In this document: in pieces, positions 34,101 through 39,041 of the stretch
Numbering within the stretch: position 1 is the first letter of the stretch
Layout of the letters: every line of letters starts with the position of its first letter
Virus record (IMG/VR): IMGVR_UViG_3300037714_000089
Location: 1-39,041 of that record
Length of the DNA stretch: 39,041 bases
Direction: 5' to 3' (one strand)
Source of the DNA: a virus
Taxonomy: Duplodnaviria; Caudoviricetes
Program-made: the position numbers and the translations under genes
Notes under the pieces: model-generated
The model's database searches: none
What the model was told of the DNA's origin: nothing
Seen by the model: the letters and a program-made list of their open reading frames with translations, nothing else

Positions 34101-34330
34101 CCGCCTGCAGCCCCGAGCCGGTCTGGTCAGCCGGCTACGTCTGGGCATGCGCCTGCGGCCACGTCCACGACCACTCCGGCCGGCGTGGAATCACCTCGCA
34201 GCACGCAGAACACCTCGAGCACACCGGCCCCGAGCACGACAGTGCCCACATGTTCGGGTCGCACGAGACCACCTGCCACCGGTGTGCCATCCCACGCCCC
34301 ATCACCCCCACGGAAGGACCGACCGCATGA
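34097..34330 (+). CDS. Cys/His-rich hypothetical protein
   Basis: ATGA coupling. Confidence 0.55.
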   Translation: MTACSPEPVWSAGYVWACACGHVHDHSGRRGITSQHAEHLEHTGPEHDSAHMFGSHETTCHRCAIPRPITPTEGPTA

Positions 34331-34611
34331 CCACCACCTGGTCCTCGACCTGGAAGTGCCCCGACTGCGGCATCGCCCAGGCCATCACCCCCGGCCAGAA
34401 CACCAAGCCCCTCGCCGCCGCCCACGAGTGCGACAGCACGACCCTCGCGATCCACCAGGCCGGCATCGCGGGATGGGTCGACGGGTACCGGTTCGCGCTC
34501 GAGCACCACGACGAGCCCATGGTGGCTGCCGACCGGGCCGAGTTCGGGACCGGGTGGGCGGGGATGGTCGGGGCTGGGGCTGTCGCTGTCGAGAGCGACG
34601 ACGCGCCATGA
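34327..34611 (+). CDS. Hypothetical protein (CxxC..HEC)
   Basis: GAAGGA RBS; coupled start. Confidence 0.6.
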   Translation: MTTTWSSTWKCPDCGIAQAITPGQNTKPLAAAHECDSTTLAIHQAGIAGWVDGYRFALEHHDEPMVAADRAEFGTGWAGMVGAGAVAVESDDAP

Positions 34612-34823
34612 CCGACACCCCCGACGAGCCGCCCCCGTGGGTCACCGGCCCACCCGAGGACTACGACCCGCCCCCGATCGAAGACCTGATCGATCCCGAG
34701 ATCCCCGCCCGCATCGCAGCCACCGGCCGCGACCTCGTCCTGGCCGTCCTGGACGAGCAAGGCATCCGTAAGACCGAGAACGGCTGGACCCGCGAGACAC
34801 CCGACCGAGGAGAGACACCGTGA
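34608..34823 (+). CDS. Hypothetical protein
   Basis: ATGA coupling. Confidence 0.6.
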   Translation: MTDTPDEPPPWVTGPPEDYDPPPIEDLIDPEIPARIAATGRDLVLAVLDEQGIRKTENGWTRETPDRGETP

Positions 34824-35050
34824 CCGAGTACACCGAGGACGAGCTGAACATGTACAGCGCCTGGACCGACTACCGGGCCGAGTACGGCCAACACGGGGTC
34901 GAGAAGCACGCGGCGTTCTGCAACGGCTGGAAGGCCGCCCGACAGGACATCCCCGTCGCCGAGAGCAACACGCTCGCGTTCCAGGCTGGACACGAGGCCG
35001 CGCGTGGGGTGCTCGACGTCAGCAGCCAGACGGGAGGGCCGCTGCGATGA
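34820..35050 (+). CDS. Hypothetical protein
   Basis: GAGGAG RBS; AF..GW.AA motif twice. Confidence 0.65.
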   Translation: MTEYTEDELNMYSAWTDYRAEYGQHGVEKHAAFCNGWKAARQDIPVAESNTLAFQAGHEAARGVLDVSSQTGGPLR

Positions 35051-35508
35051 CCGCCCGGATCACCAAGCGCCAGGTCGTGGAAGTCATCGAGACCCGCGTG
35101 TTCGCGACCCGTGCGGGGTCGGAATGGTGGACGACCTTCCTGCTCGCCTACGGGCACACCGCCCGCATCGAGACCGTGCAACTGACGCTCGGTGGCGGCG
35201 TCTTCAACGTCGCCCAGGACAGCCGCGAGGACGCCGAATGGTGGATGGCGAACGCCATCGATCACGGCGTGCCCAAGAGCGCTCTCCGGATCCGCGCCCT
35301 CGGCGAGCCCGAGCAGATCACGGTCACGATCGAGCCGGGCGACCGGAGTGAGTCCCTGGCCGAGTTCGCCAGCGACTTCCAGATGCAGCGCCACCTCGAC
35401 GGCGTGCCCTGCTCGACGTGTGGCGGGAATCGACTCCGGCCCGGCTTCGTCACCGTCGGGCGCTGCCACGTTCCCACGCCCACCACCACCGAAGGAGCCG
35501 CATCGTGA
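35047..35508 (+). CDS. Hypothetical protein
   Basis: GGAGG RBS; C-terminal CxxC. Confidence 0.65.
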   Translation: MTARITKRQVVEVIETRVFATRAGSEWWTTFLLAYGHTARIETVQLTLGGGVFNVAQDSREDAEWWMANAIDHGVPKSALRIRALGEPEQITVTIEPGDRSESLAEFASDFQMQRHLDGVPCSTCGGNRLRPGFVTVGRCHVPTPTTTEGAAS

Positions 35509-36167
35509 CAACCCCATCGAAGGCCAGCCAGCGCATGGTGCCCGCCGACCAGCCCGAGCCCGACTTCACGCCGCTCCCGGTCGACGCCCGCATGGACGGC
35601 TACTACATCGGGTTCGACCGCACGGGCTGTGACCCTGTGGACGCGATCCTGTCGGCCGTCGCGATCGCCGGGAAGGGCTCGCACTCCACCGACGGCTGGA
35701 ACGACGAGAGCGCCTACTACGCAAACCGCCCCGGGCTGCCGGACGTCGGCCCCGAGGCGACGGCGAACGAACTGATCCAGAAGACGGCCGAGAGGTCGGC
35801 ACGCGAGATCACTGCCCACGCCGCACGCCCTGCCGCCCCCACCGCCCCCGCGACCCCTCCCGTGGGCGCCGGGACGTCCGAGGGTGCGGCAGGCCCGCAG
35901 ATCGGCGCTGGTGAGCTCGGGCTGGGGGCGGCGCTGCGGGCGATGGCGGCAGTCACGCCTCATGGGACTCGGGAAGGCGTCCTGCGCGACTTCGCCGACC
36001 GGGCCGACGCGCTGGAGCGGACCGTGCAGGCCGTCCGAGCGGCGCGCCGCGACCTGAGACACAACCACGCACACATGGCGCCTGGCCGCTGGGACAAGGA
36101 CGGGTCGATCTGTGACGTGTGCGTGCGCGTCGACGCGATGGACGCAGCCCTGGACGGCACCCAGTGA
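35505..36167 (+). CDS. Hypothetical protein
   Basis: RMDGYYIGFDRTG...D.ILSAVA.AGKG.H.T..W domain; AAGGAG RBS. Confidence 0.7.
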   Translation: MTTPSKASQRMVPADQPEPDFTPLPVDARMDGYYIGFDRTGCDPVDAILSAVAIAGKGSHSTDGWNDESAYYANRPGLPDVGPEATANELIQKTAERSAREITAHAARPAAPTAPATPPVGAGTSEGAAGPQIGAGELGLGAALRAMAAVTPHGTREGVLRDFADRADALERTVQAVRAARRDLRHNHAHMAPGRWDKDGSICDVCVRVDAMDAALDGTQ

Positions 36168-36556
36168 CCGCCCGGGACGCGCTGGCCGCGATCCGGGCGC
36201 GGGCCGAGGCAGCGACCGAGGGGCCGTGGTGGGGCGGTGGCAGCAACCGCCGTCGTGACGCCGTCGGCCTCGTCGGGCGCCTGTCGGACCGAGGCACCGG
36301 GAACGCGATCGCGGTGCTCAACGGAGTCGGCATGGACAGGGTCGCCGACGCCCAGTTCATTGCCCACGCCCGCACCGACGTGCCCAAGTTGGTCGAAGCG
36401 CTGGAGGCCGTGCTGGCGATCCACAAGCCCGAGTGGACCTCGGACCACCACGGCAGCGGCTACTACCGGTGCAGCGCCGACCACTGGACGCTCGACGACC
36501 AGACGCCGTCCTGCCCGACCGTGACCGCCATCGAGACCGCGCTGGAGGACCGATGA
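36164..36556 (+). CDS. Ead/Ea22-like protein (paralog of 24628..25068)
   Basis: IRARAEAATEGPW...DAQFIAHARTDVPKL. Confidence 0.7.
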   Translation: MTARDALAAIRARAEAATEGPWWGGGSNRRRDAVGLVGRLSDRGTGNAIAVLNGVGMDRVADAQFIAHARTDVPKLVEALEAVLAIHKPEWTSDHHGSGYYRCSADHWTLDDQTPSCPTVTAIETALEDR

Positions 36557-36726
36557 GCGAGCTGATCACGGACGAGATGGTGGAGGCGGCCGACCTCGAC
36601 CCCTACGCCGTCGCCGACCGCTACTACGTCAACACGCTGTCGTTCATCGCGCGTCACCCGAAGTGCGACATCGGGATCCGGGACGAGTACGGCAACGACC
36701 ACCCACTGACCGAGGAGGACGCATGA
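36553..36726 (+). CDS. Hypothetical protein
   Basis: GGAGG RBS; ITDEMVEAA start. Confidence 0.6.
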   Translation: MSELITDEMVEAADLDPYAVADRYYVNTLSFIARHPKCDIGIRDEYGNDHPLTEEDA

Positions 36727-37466
36727 GCACGACGACAAGAGGCCTGCTGGCCCTGACCACTGCGGTTCTGATGCTGCTCGCGGGGACCGTCCCGGCGACG
36801 GCCGCTGCCTCGATCGGCTGCGGTGACGGGAAGACGTACGGCTGGGTCACCGCCCCGGTCAACGGCCTGCCCGTCGGGTCGCGGCACTGCCGTCCGATGA
36901 CCCAGGGCGACCTCAGCGGCCAGTACGCCTTCTGGTTCAAGTCCCACGTGAACGGCGCGTGGATCCCGACGAGCAACAACAAGCCGAACTTCGGCGGCTC
37001 CCCCGGCTCCGCAGGCCGCGCGCACGCTGAGGCGGCATGGGCACTCGGCAAGCGGTGGGGCGTGAAGGTCAACTTCACCAAGTACGTGGGCAACTACGAC
37101 CGCAAGGGCTGGATCCGCCGAGACGGGTCCTACGGGTTCCACGGCGCCTACTACCCGGCGCCCACCCACCCAGGACGAGGCCTGATCGAGATCTCCGCCG
37201 GCGGCAGCCCGCTCGGTTACGCCGACGCGGTCCGCGGCAACGCGTACATGCGCCAGGCGATCCTCAACGTCGTGCGCCACGAGATCGCGCACGCCCGCAT
37301 CGAGCACTGGTGCGGCACATGGGCGCCGCCGATCGTCCGTGACCGGGCCGAGAACGTGACCGACGCCTACGCCGTGACGTTCCTCCGCAAGACGAACTCG
37401 CACTACAGCTACACCTCGGCCGACGTCGCCAAGGCGCGCAGCATCGCCAAGGGCGATTGTGGCTGA
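36723..37466 (+). CDS. Secreted zinc metallopeptidase-like protein
   Basis: Signal peptide (RGLLALTTAVLMLLAGTVPATAAA); VRHEIAH plus downstream AENVTDAYA. Confidence 0.75.
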   Translation: MSTTTRGLLALTTAVLMLLAGTVPATAAASIGCGDGKTYGWVTAPVNGLPVGSRHCRPMTQGDLSGQYAFWFKSHVNGAWIPTSNNKPNFGGSPGSAGRAHAEAAWALGKRWGVKVNFTKYVGNYDRKGWIRRDGSYGFHGAYYPAPTHPGRGLIEISAGGSPLGYADAVRGNAYMRQAILNVVRHEIAHARIEHWCGTWAPPIVRDRAENVTDAYAVTFLRKTNSHYSYTSADVAKARSIAKGDCG

Positions 37467-37482
37467 CGAGAGAGGAGGCACG

Positions 37483-38193
37483 ATGGACAACCTGCAGCAC
37501 GTGCTCGACGAGACCGCCACCACGTACGAGATCGTGGCAGCGCTGGCGCCTGCGGTCGATCGGGGCTCCGGCAAGTCGAGCGGTAAGCCCGGATCGCGCA
37601 TGCCGCCGGGGATGGTCGAGGTGCTCGACGTGGACGAGTACCAGCGTGCCGTGACCGAGCTCGACGACTGGGCCGAGTTCGTCGCGCACGTCCTGATCGA
37701 CGAGGTGCCCGGCATCGGGTCCGTGCCCGACTCGACGCCTGGCCGGCTCCGGCTCGCTGCACGATGGGCCGACCGGATCGAGCAGCACCCGGACGTCATG
37801 GTCCGGTACGCGCTGCAGGCTGATGCCCGCGAGCACCTGGCCACCATGCGCAGGCTGGCGAGGCGTGGGACCAGGCGTGTGCGGACCCACAGCGCGTGCA
37901 TGGACGTGACGTGTGCTGGACACTTCACGGCGATCATCGACGGCCCCGAGGTGGACGGGTTCATCACGTGTGACCGGTGCGGCATGCGTGTGGAGAAGGA
38001 CGTGTGGGAGCGCTGGGGCTCACGGGCCGAGTGGGTGACCGTGGAGCGGGCCATGACCATCCTCGGCGTGGCGACCAAGCATGCCGTGTGGGCACGGGCC
38101 AAGCGGGAGGGATGGAGACGACGAACCGAGGGGCGTGAGGTGCGCTACCACGTGGACGACGTCGAGATGCGGGCGACTGTGGTCGTTGCCTGA
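37483..38193 (+). CDS. Probable late-gene regulator (Zn finger plus C-terminal HTH)
   Basis: C....C..CxxC and WVTVERAMTILGV...VW..A.R..W HTH; last early gene; GAGGAGG RBS. Confidence 0.6.
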   Translation: MDNLQHVLDETATTYEIVAALAPAVDRGSGKSSGKPGSRMPPGMVEVLDVDEYQRAVTELDDWAEFVAHVLIDEVPGIGSVPDSTPGRLRLAARWADRIEQHPDVMVRYALQADAREHLATMRRLARRGTRRVRTHSACMDVTCAGHFTAIIDGPEVDGFITCDRCGMRVEKDVWERWGSRAEWVTVERAMTILGVATKHAVWARAKREGWRRRTEGREVRYHVDDVEMRATVVVA

Positions 38194-38230
38194 TACGCTG
38201 ACAACTGTCGGCGGATTCGTACGCCCTCGT

Positions 38231-38269
38231 GGGCCCGGACATCATCAGGTGTCCGGGCCTTCGTCGTTT
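38231..38269 (+). terminator. Intrinsic terminator in the late leader
   Basis: GGGCCCGGACATC-ATCA-GGTGTCCGGGCCT followed by TCGTCGTTT. Confidence 0.7.
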
Positions 38270-38282
38270 CCGGAGGTGCAGC

Positions 38283-39002
38283 ATGGCCACGTCGAGGACA
38301 GGCACCGGCAAGTGGCTGCGCATCGTGCGAGAGCGCCGGGCCATCGACCAGCGAGCAGGCATCACGCGGTGCCCGACCTGCGGCAGGCTCCTCGACTGGG
38401 GCGCCAAGCGCGTACGCGGACAGCCACACAACCCAGCACGCGTCGAGGTCGACCACATCGTCCCGCACGAGCACGGCGGCAAGGACACACTGGAGAACAG
38501 CCGATGCATCTGCGCCGACTGCAACCTCAAGCGGCGAGGACGCGAGGGCAAGGCTGGTCGCCTAGTCATCCTGCTCTGCGGCCCACCCGGTGCGGGCAAG
38601 ACCACCGCGGCACGGGCGTCAGGCCTGGACGTGTACGACCGGGACGACCCACAGTGGGCGAGCGAGGCGCAGTTCCGTGCAGCACTGCGAGCGCTGGCCG
38701 CACGGCCTGCAGCGCAGGCCGTGGTGATCCGGGCCGGAGCAAGCAGCAGCGCACGACGAGCAGCAGCACAGCTCGCGGGCGCGACGCACATCTACCTCAT
38801 CACCGCACCGCGAGACGAGCTCAAGCGCAGGCTGATCGAGCGACGGCGCGACGACTGGCGCGGCACGCTGCTCGGTGTCGACCGCTGGCATGAGCAGCAC
38901 GACCGCGACGACGGCGTGATCGACTGGCCCGGATGGGACTCGGTATCACTCGGAGTCGAGCCCAAGGCATGGCCTGAGCCGGTCCACTCTGCGATCTGGT
39001 GA
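38283..39002 (+). CDS. HNH endonuclease fused to a P-loop NTPase/kinase domain
   Basis: CPTC..EVDHIVP...GG.D..EN..CADCN followed by ILLCGPPGAGKTT; GGAGG RBS. Confidence 0.9.
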   Translation: MATSRTGTGKWLRIVRERRAIDQRAGITRCPTCGRLLDWGAKRVRGQPHNPARVEVDHIVPHEHGGKDTLENSRCICADCNLKRRGREGKAGRLVILLCGPPGAGKTTAARASGLDVYDRDDPQWASEAQFRAALRALAARPAAQAVVIRAGASSSARRAAAQLAGATHIYLITAPRDELKRRLIERRRDDWRGTLLGVDRWHEQHDRDDGVIDWPGWDSVSLGVEPKAWPEPVHSAIW

Positions 39003-39041
39003 CCCCGGTACCGCCTCCTCCCCTGCCCTAGGGGGCCCGCA

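Larger units (their letters stand above)
1..39041 (+). mobile_element. Temperate siphovirus genome (actinobacteriophage), apparently complete
   Basis: Full module set from terS to HNH, attP plus integrase, immunity switch, WhiB, high GC; no host genes seen. Confidence 0.95.

Overview
The window looks like a complete or near-complete ~39 kb genome of a temperate, high-GC siphovirus of an actinobacterial host. The host is probably non-mycolate, since no Lysin B is recognisable. The sequence opens 44 nt before terS and ends 39 nt after an HNH gene, consistent with cos-type ends. Left arm (1-17.1 kb, + strand): terminase, HK97-type portal/protease/capsid, head-tail genes, major tail, a tail assembly chaperone with an unlisted -1 frameshift partner, a tape measure with an NlpC/P60-like C-terminus, minor tails, a lysis cassette and three further tail-like genes. 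Centre (17.1-21 kb): an accessory island holding a hidden 27-aa hydrophobic peptide, a divergent 62-aa beta-rich protein with a ~115-nt structured trailer, and three leftward genes; then attP (3' end of a tRNA-Leu-like gene), a tyrosine integrase, and an apparently leaderless repressor/cro switch. Right arm (21-39 kb, + strand): Xis, HIT, RecE-like exonuclease with a candidate annealing partner, a membrane/lipoprotein pair, WhiB, a RusA-zinc-finger fusion, a replication initiator with internal palindromic iterons and a DnaA box, a methyltransferase relic, a second (serine) recombinase lacking its coiled coil, a secreted HEXXH protease, a late regulator and an HNH-P-loop fusion. All calls come from reading motifs and synteny by eye; no database searches were run.
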